A stretch of 64,000 bases of DNA from Eledone cirrhosa (Eukaryota). Positions 12,075 to 24,967 of the stretch are shown piece by piece; the stretch's first letter is position 1; the number at the start of each line of letters is the position of its first letter. The notes beneath the pieces are model-generated. The model was not told the origin of the DNA. It saw only the letters and a list, made by a program, of their open reading frames with translations, and did not search any database. The position numbers and the translations under genes are program-made. Where the stretch lies: positions 992,001-1,056,000 of the forward strand of contig OZ024749.1 in NCBI GenBank assembly GCA_964016885.1, read 5' to 3'.

Positions 12075-14082
12075 ACTCTCACTAAGAGAGAAGCTAGACG
12101 TCAGGTGTACTTAGCACGCAGGGAGGCAGAGAGTAGGAGGTTTGCCAATGTTCTGCGACGGGAAGATCAGAGGCGTGCGGTGTTCCACATTGCAAGGCAG
12201 TGTGTCAATGCAAATCAGGATGTTGTTGGTGATAAATGTGTCCGGGATGATGCCGGTGTACTTAGTGTCACGAATGACCAGAAAAAGGAGGCCTGGAAAT
12301 GTCATTATGAGAGACTGATGAATGTGGAGAACGAATGGGAGAGAGAGAAATTACCCTTGGTAGATCCGACAGAGGGACCAGCTATTGAGATTGACGAATA
12401 TAGGGTCCAAGAGGCGATTAGGGAAATGAAAAATGGTAAGGCGGCCGGACCATCGGGAATAGTTGCTGAGATGCTGAAGGCATCAGGGGACGTAGGCACT
12501 AAACTGGTTGCACGCATAATCAATCAGGCTATATATGGTGGTGTCATACCCAAAGACTGGTGCAGCAGTATTCTCATAAATTGCTACAAAGGTAAAGGGG
12601 ATGCTTTGGAGAGGAGCAATTATAGGGGTATAAAACTGATAGATCAGGTTATGAAAGTGGCAGAAAGGATTTTAGCACAACTAATTAGAGAAAGGGTCAA
12701 ACTAGATGAGATGCAGTTTGGTTTTGTGCCTGGGAAGAGAACAACAGATGCCCTCTTCTTGGTGAGACAAATGCAAGAGAGGTTCTTAGAGAAGAATAAG
12801 CCACTATACTTAGCCTTTGTTGACCTAGAGAAGGCCTTTGATAGGGTACCCCGATCTGTCATCTGGTGGTCCCTAAGGAAGCTGGGTGTTGAGGAATGGC
12901 TTGTAAGGACAGTGCAAACTTTGTACAGAGGTACTGTCAGTAAAGTCAGGGTAGGAATGGAGTTTAGTGAGGAATTCCAGATACAAGTAGGAGTACATCA
13001 GGGTTCGGTCCTCAGCCCGCTCTTGTTCATTATAGTCCTCCAAGCCATAACAGAGGAGTTTAAGACTGGCTGTCCATGGGAACTTCTCTATGCTGACGAT
13101 CTGGCTCTTATGGCAGAATCAGTAGAGGAGCTAGAGAATAAATTCCGGCTATGGAAACAGCAGTTGGAAGCAAGAGGACTGAGAGTAAATCTAGCTAAGA
13201 CAAAAGTGTTGATGAGTAGAAAAGAGGACAAAACCCTGATTCCATCAGGGAAATGGCCATGTTCGATATGCAGAAAAGGAACTGGCATAAATTCTATAAA
13301 ATGCACACAATGTAGGTCCTGGGTACACAAGAGATGTAGCGGGATAGCAGGCAAACTAACAGGTAGGGAGAAATATGTATGCAGTAGATGTACAGGGAAA
13401 TTAGACAGTAGAAGTCGCACTGATAGACACATTTTTCAAATGCGAGAGGGCGCTATAGAAGTGGTGGATAGCTTCCGGTACCTAGGAGATCAGATTAGCA
13501 TGGGAGGAGGGTGTTCCGAGGCCATAGTATCTAGAATAAGGACGGGTTGGAAGAAGTTTAGGGAGCTGCTTCCTCTGTTGACGAAGAAGGATTTCTCCCT
13601 GCGTACGAAAGGCCGGTTGTATGATGCCTGTGTGAGGAGCGCGATGCTGCATGGTAGTGAGACATGGGCAGCTACCGCAGAAGATATGCGACGGCTGGAG
13701 AGAAATGAGGCAAGCATGCTCCGTTGGATGTGCAGTGTAAATGTGCGTGAACGACCCAGCATAAATGTGTTGAGAGAGAAACTGTGTCTGAGAGGGATAG
13801 AATGTAGTGTACGGGAGAGGAGACTGAGGTGGTATGGACATGTGATGCGCATGGAGGATGACCGATGGGTGAAGAAGTGCCAGGAAATGCCAGTTGAAGG
13901 AAGACGTGGTAGAGGTAGACCACGAAAAACATGGGCGGAGGTGGTGAGAACAGACCTCAGATCATTGAAGCTCACGGTGGAGATGACGAGGGACCGTGAC
14001 GAGTGGAGAGATGCTGTGCTGAATAAGACCCGTCCCACCCTTGCAAGCAGGGAAAAGCGGACGTAAAATGATGATGATGATG

Positions 14083-14085
<3 letters not shown>
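12075..14085 (+). mobile_element. 5'-truncated RTE-clade LINE with uninterrupted RT reading frame and a C4HC3 (PHD-like) insert
   Basis: ORF 11976-14066 with QFGF, AFVDLEKAFD, GVHQGSVLSP, YADD and [10 protein letters not shown]; 3' (GAT)n tail; flanked by (TA)n. The N-terminal YI-rich part of the ORF is microsatellite. Confidence 0.95.
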
Positions 14086-14144
<59 letters not shown>

Positions 14145-14155
14145 ATATATATATA

Positions 14156-14200
<45 letters not shown>

Positions 14201-14251
14201 ATATATATATATATATGTGTATATATATATATATATGTGCATATATATATA

Positions 14252-14302
<51 letters not shown>

Positions 14303-14368
14303 ATATATATATATATGTGTATATATATATATATATGTGTATATATATATATATATGTGTATATATAT
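14086..14368. repeat. (TA)n microsatellite with TG interruptions
   Basis: Direct reading; source of the poly-YI ORF artefacts. Confidence 0.98.
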
Positions 14369-14987
14369 GAAATACCAATGATCGTTGGCAAATCACTGAT
14401 GAGGGACTAATTTTATATGTATTCCATGTGCAACCATGCAGTATTCTTCTCCCCATGTTTTTCATATATATATATATATATACATATGTATGTATATATA
14501 TATATATATCATCATCATCACCGTTTTACGTCCGTTCTTCCATGCTAGCATGGGTTAGACGGTGTATGTATATATTTGTATGTATATATTTGTATTTATT
14601 TATATGTATATATATATATATATATGCACACACACACCTTTTTATAGCAAGTCTGTTTATACAACCACCAATCAATGTGCCTTGTGTAATAATATAAAAA
14701 CTAGTCTGATAAATTGATTTAGGATTAAATAGGAAGACAATATTTTGGCTGACAGATTTAATCCATTGTCTGGTTTATGACATCATTACCAGCAACACAA
14801 CAATTACCCCCTTCTCTACACCATCTGGTTGTCGGATGCGTTTAGTAAAGGAAAGACTGATGCAAACTTCCTTCCACCAGTCATAAAGGCCCTACAAAGG
14901 TGTCAGACCACAATGACCTGTCTAAGAGATGCCAGCATGGAGAACAGGCATATAATGATGAGGAGGAGGATGATTAGAGCCACAGAA

Positions 14988-16651
14988 TAATGTGGACACT
15001 AGCCATGGCAACAGAGACAGTTACATGTAGACTCTAGCCATGACAACAGAGACAGTAACATGTAGACTCTAGCCATGGCAACAGCTACAGTAACATGTAG
15101 ACTCTAGCCATAACAGAGACAGTAACATGTAGACACTAGCCATGACAACAGAGACAGTAACATGTAGACTCTAGCCATGATAACAGCTACAGTAACATGT
15201 AGACACTAGCCATGACAACAGAGACAGTAACATGTGGACTAGCCACGACAACAGCTACAGTAACATGTAGACACTAGCCATGGCAACAGAGACAGTTACA
15301 TGTAGACTCTAGCCATGGCAACAGCTACAGTAACATGTAGACACTAGTCACGACAACAGCTACAGTAACATGTGGACACTAGCCATGACAACAGATACAG
15401 TAACATTTAGATACTAGCCATGACAGCAGCTATAGTAACATGTGGACAGTAGCCATGGCAACAGCTACAGTAACATGTGGACACTAGCCATGGCAACAGC
15501 TACAGTAACATGTGGACTAGCCATGACAACAGCTACAGTAACATGTAGACACTAGCCATGACAACAGCTACAGTAACATGTGGACAGTAGCCATGGCAAC
15601 AGCTACAGTAACATGTGGACAGTAGCCATGACAGCAGAGACAGTAACATGTGGACAGTAGCCATGACAACAGCTACAGTAACATGTGGACACTAGCCATG
15701 ACAACAGCTACAGTAACATGTGGACAGTAGCCATGACAACAGCTACAGTAACATGTAGACACTAGCCATGACAGCAGAGACAGTAACATGTGGACAGTAG
15801 CCATGGCAACAGCTACAGTAACATGTAGACACTAGCCATGACAACAGCTTCAGTAACATGTAGACAATAGCCATGGCAACAGAGACAGTAACATGTAGAC
15901 ACTAGCCATGACAGCAGAGACAGTAACATGTAGACACTAGTCACGACAACAGCTACAGTAACATGTAGACACTAGCCATGACAACAGCTACAGTAACATG
16001 TAGACAATAGCCATGGCAACAGAGACAGTAACATGTAGACACTAGTCACGACAACAGCTACAGTAACATGTAGACACTAGCCATGGCAACAGCTACAGTA
16101 ACATGTGGACACTAGCCATGACAACAGCTATTGTAACATGTGGACACTAGCCATGACAACAGCTACAGTAACATGTAGACAATAGCCATGGCAACAGCTA
16201 CAGTAACATGTGGACTAGCCATGACACCAGCCATGACAACAGCTACTGTAACATGTGGACAATAGCCATGGCAACAGCTACAGTAACATGTGGATTAGCC
16301 ATGACAACAGCTACTGTAACATGTAGACACTAGCCATGACAACAGCTACAGTAACATGTGGACAATAGCCATGGCAACAGCTACAGTAACATGTGGACAC
16401 TAGCCATGACAACAGCTCCTGTAACATGTGGACAATAGCCATGGCAACAGCTACAGTAACATGTGGACTAGCCATGACAACAGCTACTGTAACATGTGGA
16501 CTAGCCATGACACCAGCTATTGTAACATGTAGACACTAGCCATGGCAACAGCTACAGTAACATGTGGACTAGCCATGACACCAGCTATTGTAACATGTGG
16601 ACACTAGCCATGGCAACAGCTACAGTAACATGTGGACTAGCCATGACAACA
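14988..16651. repeat. 35-bp minisatellite (33-bp variants), about 48 copies
   Basis: Unit tagccatgacaacagctacagtaacatgtggacac. Confidence 0.97.
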
Positions 16652-17428
16652 AAAATACTAGGTAACAACCTTATTAGTAAGTAATATTATGTATTGAACT
16701 ATATCAGAGTTTGCTAGAGAAATATAAAATACGTATTTCTACATGTGAATTACATGACAAATACGTTCTACATGAAGTGTTTTAAGGTTATTTCACTTGC
16801 TAAAGCAGGGCTTTACCATGTGGGCTTCATTAGAAACTTTGTCTTATTCTCTACATCCCTGAAACACTGGTTTTCATTTTTTTCCTCCAGTTTTAGACAT
16901 GTCTTTCTTAGTTTTCCCCTTCTTAGAGTTCTTTGCACATTCCTCTTACCCGGATACTTTCATCCTTCCCCAACCATCTCATTCCATTTCTTTTCACAAC
17001 ATTAATCATTACCATCCTCCTCTATAATTCATTGACCTTCTCTCTCAGTGACACTCCACTCATCCACCATTCTCATTTCTATTCTTTCCAGTCTCTTCTG
17101 TTGCTCCACATTCATCGTCCATGTCTTGCTGTCATAAATCATGGCACTTCTCACACATGCACCACACACCTTTACCAAGACTATGCACACACAAATATAT
17201 ACATGACACACACACACACACCTCATACAAATTAAAAGTCTAATAAATACTATATATATATATACACATATAAAACATCACTAAAAAATTTCAACTTTTC
17301 GTTTATGTTAGCAGGGGAATGCAACAATAAAAGGGTGAGAGAGTAGATAATCATTCGATAAAGAAGCTTTAGGGATTTAAGACACTGACGTTTTTATCAC
17401 AGTAAACCAATCCAAGCCATACCAGACA

Positions 17429-17466
17429 TCAACAAATGCAGTGGCAACCACAACAAAAAGAGGTTA
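17429..17466 (-). other. Candidate alternative terminal exon ITSFCCGCHCIC*
   Basis: tttag acceptor; phase-1 join to the 25254 exon ends in CXC-stop, the Rab6-type prenylation motif; branch point weak. Confidence 0.3.
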
Positions 17467-17642
17467 CTAAACTTCAAACAACATTACACAAAACTTATTA
17501 AAATTGAATGATGAATGGTATACAAAATGACAGAGGTCAACATTAAAATAATTCAAAACAATAAATTATATATATATAAAAAAAGCAATCCTTGTTAATC
17601 TAGGTTTGTATTTTTAACTTTTACCCTTTTTTAAAAAAATAC

Positions 17643-17671
17643 CAAATGTCTCCGACCCTCCACCCCTGGTT
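17643..17671 (-). other. Candidate 29-nt microexon (KPGVEGRRHL) sequestered in a hairpin
   Basis: GCTTTAAC, 21 nt, AG; donor TTG|gtattt; GC-rich island; pairs with 17709-17733. Confidence 0.4.
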
Positions 17672-18789
17672 CTAGGATATAAAGCGGTTTATGTTAAAGC
17701 GAGGAGAGTAGATCCCAGGAGATGGTGAAGGAGCACAGTAAAATGGATGGAAGCAAATGATGATGATGTTAAAATTAATCTAAAAACTTTCCATCATTAT
17801 TTTATGCAAGAACATTTAAGTTATGTCCCAAACACCAGATAAATACTGAGAAATCTCTCCAATTACTGTATTATTTTCAAAATGATTTAAAATTGAAAGG
17901 CAGTGTCTTTCATGAAAATTATTGTAATGAAAGAGTTAATAATACATCAAATACTTATATATAAACTGTCAACAGTTATTGTTTGGTTGATAGGGTGGAA
18001 TGGGTAGTTAAACATACAACTACCACAACATACACACAAACGTACATATGTACACATATACACTACAGGTAAAATTCCGTTATGAATACGATTATAATAA
18101 ATTTTTCAGTATAACAACATTTTTTTCAATCCCTGGCCACACACTCGATGTTACAATAAATTCTTTTTTTATACGCCATGAATTTCATTATAATGGAACT
18201 TCATTGTAGTAGTAGTATTGCTGGAAATATTGTAAAGATGGCCTTCAAACTATCCCCATCCTGGATCAAAGGAAAGGAATGGCCAGTGCTTCTAAGAAAG
18301 ACAACTAGGTTATAGGGTAGGTAAGGAATTTGCAATGCCAAACTCTAAAACCTTTTCATATCAACCTGTCTGAAACTCTGGTTCTATGATACAACCTGTC
18401 ATATAGTGTTCATATTAAAACCTTCCATCATAATTGTACATAGGAAATTTCCTTTTAATTAATGTTCTAGATTAATGGCACAAGGCCAGTAATTTGAAGG
18501 GAAGGGGAAAGTTGATTAAATTGACCCCAGTGCATTACTGTATATCCCAGTTTAATACCGAAAAAAGAAATTTTACAAAATTCTTCCAGATATTTGATTA
18601 ATTTCAAAATGAATTGAAATAAGGAGTTACTGGGCTTCATTTCCACTCCTTTAATGGGTGGTCACTGATGCCTTATTGAGTCCCCTTCAACACACATTGT
18701 GTTTTTGAGTAGATATACATATGTATACACACACACACATATATACATATCTATGGCGGGTAAAATTCCCGAGATAAATATATACGTAT

Positions 18790-19310
18790 ACGCAACGGGA
18801 TGGAAGAAGTTCAGGGAGCTACTTCCACTGCTGCAAAAGGCTTTTCCCTCAAAATGAAAGGCAGACTGTATGATGCTTGTATACAAACAGCAATGTTACA
18901 TGGTAGTGAGACCTGGGCGTTGTTTGTAGAAGACTTGCGTAGATTAGAAAGAAATGAAGCTTGCATGCTCCGATGGATGTGTCTTAGTAATATACGTGAA
19001 CGGCAAAGCATAAACAAATTGAGAGAGAGACTGAGCATAAGAGGAATCAAATGCTGTGTGCAGGAGAGGAGCTTGCGTTGGTATGGACATGTGATGCGTA
19101 TGAAGGATGAGTTGCATAAAAAGGTGCAGGGCACTAGAAGTCGATGGAAGCCGCGGAGTGGGGAGACCCAAGAAGACCTGGGATGAGGTGATAAAAGCCG
19201 ACCTTACCCAATTGCACCTCTCAAGGGTGATGGCACACGACCGTGACCTCTGGCATCACGCAGTAATACAGAAGACCCGACCCCCCGCGGGTACAAGCCG
19301 GAGCTGAAGC
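18790..19310 (+). mobile_element. Degenerate RTE LINE 3' fragment, followed by a SINE tail to about 19563
   Basis: KGRLYDAC...MLHGSETW...LRWYGHVMR. Confidence 0.88.
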
Positions 19311-19574
19311 ATATAGACAATATGCCCCCACACCCTCCCACTGTACGGTGGTCGTGGAGGTGCCATGGCAAAAAAGCACCCAGCACTCACTGTAAATGAG
19401 GTTGGTGTTAGGAAGGGCATCCAGCTGTAGAAATCAAGCCAGAATCAGTTCCCGTATGAGCAAGACAAGGTCAGCCGACCGGACACTGCCTACATCAGAA
19501 CAACCCGTCTAACCTATGCTAGCGTGGAAGAACGGACGTAAAATGATGATGATGATGATGATGACATATATAGT

Positions 19575-19611
<37 letters not shown>

Positions 19612-20084
19612 AAGTGCCTGAAGATAGGGCACACTTTTGATCTTTCTTACATTCAGGAGATATAGTCAATATAGGGCCTTGAAACCTTAGGTAGTGCTTA
19701 TGTTTTGTGTATGAAGATAATATAATACAATGTGGGTGTGTGTGTATATATATAATTACACACACACATGTATGTGAAAAGAGGAAAAGCAGATATAAAT
19801 CAGACTAGCCTAGAAATAACTACCAGATATGTTTGCACATTAATTATTAAAGAGACATCACCAACAATATCAACACCTTTACAATGGTTTTATACATATT
19901 TGTATATTCTATTTTACAGATGCATTCACCAATTCCATAGAATATTCTCTGGATTTGGAATATATTTAAATCGTTCCTGGATTAGTAGTGTTTCTATTCC
20001 ATATCGTAAATCAGACATCTTATTCTACTGCTGACTGTGTTTTACATATTCACTGTCTAGAACTGCTCTCTCTCTTTCTCTCTT

Positions 20085-20122
<38 letters not shown>

Positions 20123-20394
20123 AGAGATGAAGCTTGACTAATAGAATGGACACAGCTTCGGTCGTTTCATCCCTTGCTCAATTACCAATTCAGTTTGTAT
20201 TATTAAAATTCAAACCCAGCTGGCCAGAGAGCTAGAAGATGACTTTGTGTGGGTGAGAGTGTTGAAATACTCGGACTTGTGCATCAATGTCTGCGGTTCC
20301 GATCTGTTGGCAGTATTCTGAAAGGTGCAGCCATGTGCAGAATATTAGGTAATGACAGGGGTTGTTAAATGATGATGTATATATATATATATAT

Positions 20395-20558
20395 ATATTA
20401 TGAATAAGAGAGCCGTTTTTATGTGTACATCTTTTTATTACAGAATTCTGTTCTATGTATTTTGAAAATGTCAGAGTGGTTGCATCTTTGAAATACGTAT
20501 AACAGGAATATGTAATAAAAAGATGTACACATAAAATCTGCTCTCTTATTCATAATAT
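20395..20558. repeat. Foldback palindrome, arms about 70 bp
   Basis: tatgaataagagag...atgtgtacatctttttattaca is the reverse complement of the right arm. Confidence 0.9.
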
Positions 20559-20979
20559 TGAAACTCCAGTTGATATCTTAGTGAGAAAATCCTAAGGAAT
20601 ACAAATCGTAGAGTACTTTACATCTGTTTACAAAAAAAAGTTGGTTGATTATAATCAATATAATTATATGATCAACAGTTTTCATTAATTGAATATATAT
20701 ATATTCATCATTTAACATCAGCTTTCCCTGCTAGCAAGAGTTGGACAGGTCTACACAGACAAAGTCAGTATTGAAGCAGGGCTACAGACCTCCTAGACAG
20801 GCCAAGGGATCTGTATCCTGCTTACATATGGTCATATCAAGAGCAGAAAAGTTGTGTCTTTTGACACAAACTGAAAGGTCCTCCTAACCCTTAATCTAGT
20901 CAACTCTCCCTGTCCCTACCAACATTTCTGGCCTTGTGCCTATGTTAGAAATCTTTATTATTATTATCATTATTATTAT

Positions 20980-21262
20980 TGTGTTATTTCGTTTAGCTCA
21001 GTTCTGTTTCTCTGTTGCCAGGTTCAGGCCTTGAACCTAGGGCTATAGAGGTTTTCATTGTAGAGAGAGAACCTGTCTGAGAATGTGTGTTGTTCGTAGT
21101 AGCCTGATCTTCTGTAGCTCATATTTGCTGATCTTGCAGGGAAGGATGCTAAGGTGCAGGTGATGATTTGGGTATTAATCCTAATGCCCCTATTACCACA
21201 GGGATAGTGTTTGTGGTCATCCTCCACATGTCGTTGATCTCCACTTCCAGGTCTTTGTATTA
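20980..21262 (-). mobile_element. 3' fragment of a restriction-like-endonuclease non-LTR element (Dong/R4-like)
   Basis: Minus strand reads YKDLEVEINDMWRMTTNTIPVVIGALGLIPK; abuts an (ATT)n run. Confidence 0.7.
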
Positions 21263-21952
21263 AAGTATAGTTCTTTTAGAAAATAGATAGGGAAAAGGCA
21301 ATTTGATTATTTTTAATCCATGAACTGCAATCTTAGTAAGATTAATTAATTAAAAGAAAGAAAAGTGACTTAAATGGTTCAATTATTCACTAAGAAGCTC
21401 ATTAGACCATTTTAAAAATGTTTAAAGACAGCTTTCCTTTTTAACATCTACTTATTTATCCAAGCCAGCAGAGATACGGTCATTCTGCCAGACTATATAT
21501 TTGGCACTGTCTCAAATACCTGGGACAAGCAAAGTCTAGTAGTCGTTTTTAGTATTTTACTGGTTTCATCCATTAGACTGCTGCCATGGTGGAGCCCATC
21601 TTTGAAAGTTTTACTTCATGTTACCCCTAGTTCTTATTTTATGAGTCTCTTATCAAACCACTAAATTATAGGATATAAAACGCACACACACACACATATA
21701 TATATATATAATCATTATTTCTACTTTTGGCACAAGGCCGGCAATTATCTCAGTGCATTACTGGTACTTTATTTTATCGATGAAAGGCAAAGTAACCTCG
21801 GCGGGATTTGAACTCAGACCATAAAGGGCCATAACTCTTTGCTGCAAAGCATGGCGTCCGACCCTCTACCGATACTGCCAATCCACCATAATGAAAATTA
21901 TTGTGTATAGTGCTCAGGTGCACTACAACTCATCAAAGGTACATGTACAATA

Positions 21953-22922
21953 TTAGGTTGTTTCGAAAATAATGGCGGATTTCAGAAACATAATTTTATT
22001 CTGGAAAAATTAGCAACAGAAATGTTTTGATTAGTCAAAGTATGAGCCGTGAACATCTCTGCATCTCTGTCTATTGACTATTCGGTCAAGAAAAGGTTCA
22101 TTGGTGTTTCGTAGAAAGAGCATCGAGCACACTTCAAAACGCTGAACTTTTTGATTTTCATTGAGCTCATGTGGTACCCAGTTATCGAGCTTTTTCACCT
22201 TACCAATCTTCTGCAGATGGTGTGAGACCGTTGCAATACCGACACCGAGTGCCTGAGACATTTCTCTGACACTTTGACGTGGGTTTTGTTCAACAATTGC
22301 TTTCAATTGTTCATTGTCAAGACTGCATGACTGTCCTCTACCTTCTTCATCTTCAAGGCTCTATTCACCACTACGGAATTTCTGAAACCACCTTCGTACT
22401 GTGCGATAACTTGTGGACCCCTCTCCCCATGCTCTGTTGATATTGGCAGCCCCCTTCGTACTGTGCGGTCACTTGTGGACCCCTCGCCCCATGTTCTGTT
22501 GATATTGGCAGCCCCCTTCGTACTGTGCGATAACTTGTGGACCCCTCTCCCCATGCTCTGTTGATATTGGCAGCCCCCTTTGTACTGTGCGGTCACTTGT
22601 GGACCCCTCTCCCCATGCTCTGTTGATATTGGCAGCCCCCTTCGTATTGTGCGATAACTTGTGGACCCTCTCCCCATGCTCTGTTGATATCGGCAAGCTT
22701 GACTCATGCAAGAAAAGTAAGCGAAGGTCCTTTTTTGTCATGTTCATGTTTTCTGAATGCTTCAAGAATGTTTTCTGTCTGAAATAAGTAGATAATTATT
22801 AAAGAGCATACATCAATTATTAAGTATGTCGAAATTCACCTAAAATATAATTAAAATACTATGATAAAATTGCGTTTCAAAACACAACATATAGAGCGGC
22901 CATTATTTTCGGAACAACCTAA
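21953..22922 (-). mobile_element. Internally deleted mariner transposon with a 5x 62-bp internal tandem repeat
   Basis: 24-bp TIRs ttaggttgtt(t/c)cgaaaataatggc with TA TSD; WVPHEL motif in ORF 22031-22306; catalytic domain absent. Confidence 0.93.
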
Positions 22923-23489
22923 TACATAGAATAAGGTAGAAATGTCAGGAAAGTGAACAGCGTACGAGTCATGATATACATGTGTGTGTGTGTATGTATG
23001 GAGGAGTAATATCAAGTGTAGTGTTGGTGAATGTCAGGAAGCATGGAGGTTTTGAAGGATGCAGTGCCCCGACCCTACATATGTGTGTGTGTATATATAA
23101 CGGATAAATTCCTGATGAGTATTGGGAGGTGACCACAATTAAAAAAGGTACTCAATATGTTAGTAGAGTATAGGCATCTTTATTTTATATAATAAAGATA
23201 TATATGCATGTGTGTTCAATGTGCTTCTGCAGAATTTCCACCTATCAAATTTCATTCACAAGGCACCAGTCAACCCAAGACTCAGGAGAAGACACTTACC
23301 CAAGGTGCTGAACCCAAAGCCATGTGGTTGCAAAATGAATTTCTTAACCACACAGCTAGGCCTGTGCCTATAGAAGAAATTTGACAAAAACATTCCCCAT
23401 GGAATTATATAAACATGTGGTTCTTATATAAAATAAGTTGGAAGATTAAAAATGGATGTTTGTTTGTTAGACTGTGAGGTGGATTTGAT

Positions 23490-23753
23490 CCTCTCACCCA
23501 GTTACTTTCATCCTTCCTCACATGACCCAGCCATCTCACTATTTCTCTTCACAACATTCACTACTGGCTCTGTTCCTCTCACCCAGTTACTTTCATCCTT
23601 CCTCACATGACCCAGCCATCTCACTATTTCTCTTCACAACATTCACTACTGGCTCTGTTCCTCTCACCCAGTTACTTTCATCCTTCCTCACATGACCCAG
23701 CCATCTCACTATTTCTCTCCACAACATTCACTACTGGCTCTGTTCCTCTCACT
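23490..23753. repeat. 85-bp tandem repeat, 3 copies, resembling a decayed RTE 3' fragment
   Basis: Units start at 23490, 23575 and 23660; similar to the single-copy stretch at about 52260-52350. Confidence 0.85.
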
Positions 23754-24911
23754 CCTCTGAAATACTTCACTCATCCATTGAACCTTTTAAAAAACTGAAT
23801 TTTTCTTCATACATTATACATTATGAGAATAATATCACTGACAGAGTTTCAGAAACATTTTTGGTTTTCCATTCCTTTCACCAGCCCCTCCCCCACCACA
23901 GTAAACTTAATGAAAAATTATACTTTGAAAATTAAAATTAAATGTAATAATTCCATTTTATAACTCTTACTATCCTGTAATGATTTAGAAGAAAATATAT
24001 AAAAAGAGGTTCATTCAAATGTTTATATTATCTTTACTAATGAATAGATCATTGTGAACATTTGCAGTAGACTAAACTAAAGACTTTACAAGCAACTACT
24101 AAATTATATTCCTTGCCCCTTATGTTTTCCAATGACCCTCCCCTACTTCACCTCCAGTACTGCTCTGGAGTCTCTCAATGTCTCCAACATGGTGGTAATG
24201 TCTACTTTCAGTAGTGAGTGGTTATGGTGTTGGACCCATCAACATAAGGTTCAACTCTCAGGCCAGGGTGGTGTGCTGTGTCATCTCACATTGCTCCAGT
24301 TACCACCAGTAGGAGTACTTGGGGATTAACCCTGCAAGGGACTGGCATCCTCTCCCTCACCCCTATTCATCTAGGGTGGAGAAGTAGGGTCTCTTGTACT
24401 CTCAGGTCATTTAACTCCACATAAAACCAAGAGAAACTCTGGCTTTAGTTTAACTTTTGTACAAGTATGGAAGAAATAATAGATTGATGATGATGATGAT
24501 GCATATTTAACTGTGGATCAACAATTCTAAATATTGAGCCTGTGTGACCTGTAATATGCGAGGAGGAGGAGAGGAGTTAACTATTGTGGATCCATTTGCA
24601 GCATGATGCAGAAATTGTTGAAAAAAAAACTAACAAAAAAATTAAAATGAAACCCATATAAAAGAAGAGTATAAACATGCAATGGAGAATGGAAGGATGC
24701 GCAGTGTTAAAAGTTTGGATATCACTGAATTGTTAAACCACAACAACAAAACACTATGGGGAGAATGGACACTATATATATATAATTAAATTTGTCACGA
24801 ATATACATAACATCTCAATGAAAAGAAATTGTTAAAAAGATCTCATTCAGAGAAGCAAATATTTAGAGAGAGTATCTGATGCAAAATTACTGAAGGGTAG
24901 ATCCCAGTAAA

Positions 24912-24967
24912 TTACTCTAAAGAACACTTCACATCTTTCCCTAGGGATATACTCACATTCAAGCAAC
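24912..24967 (-). other. Candidate exon in the loop of a 24-bp stem: 11-nt microexon (SCLN) or terminal exon ending CSLE*
   Basis: ttcctatgtttag|GTTGCTTGAAT|gtgagt; read-through gives SCLNVSISLGKDVKCSLE*; arms at 24882-24905 and 24981-25004. Confidence 0.4.

Noticed and set aside
13962-14697. Poly-YI/VC ORFs, also near 6263, 10399 and 57021
   Set aside because: Translations of (TA)n/(TG)n microsatellites.
23105-23180. Second hammerhead (CTGATGA plus gtattggg/ctcaatat stem)
   Set aside because: GAAA core missing and antisense to Rab6; at most a decayed relic.
24510-24625. Pyrimidine-rich acceptor at about 24549 with a short tcaacaat/attgttga pairing
   Set aside because: No convincing donor or terminal Cys motif; stem only about 11 bp.
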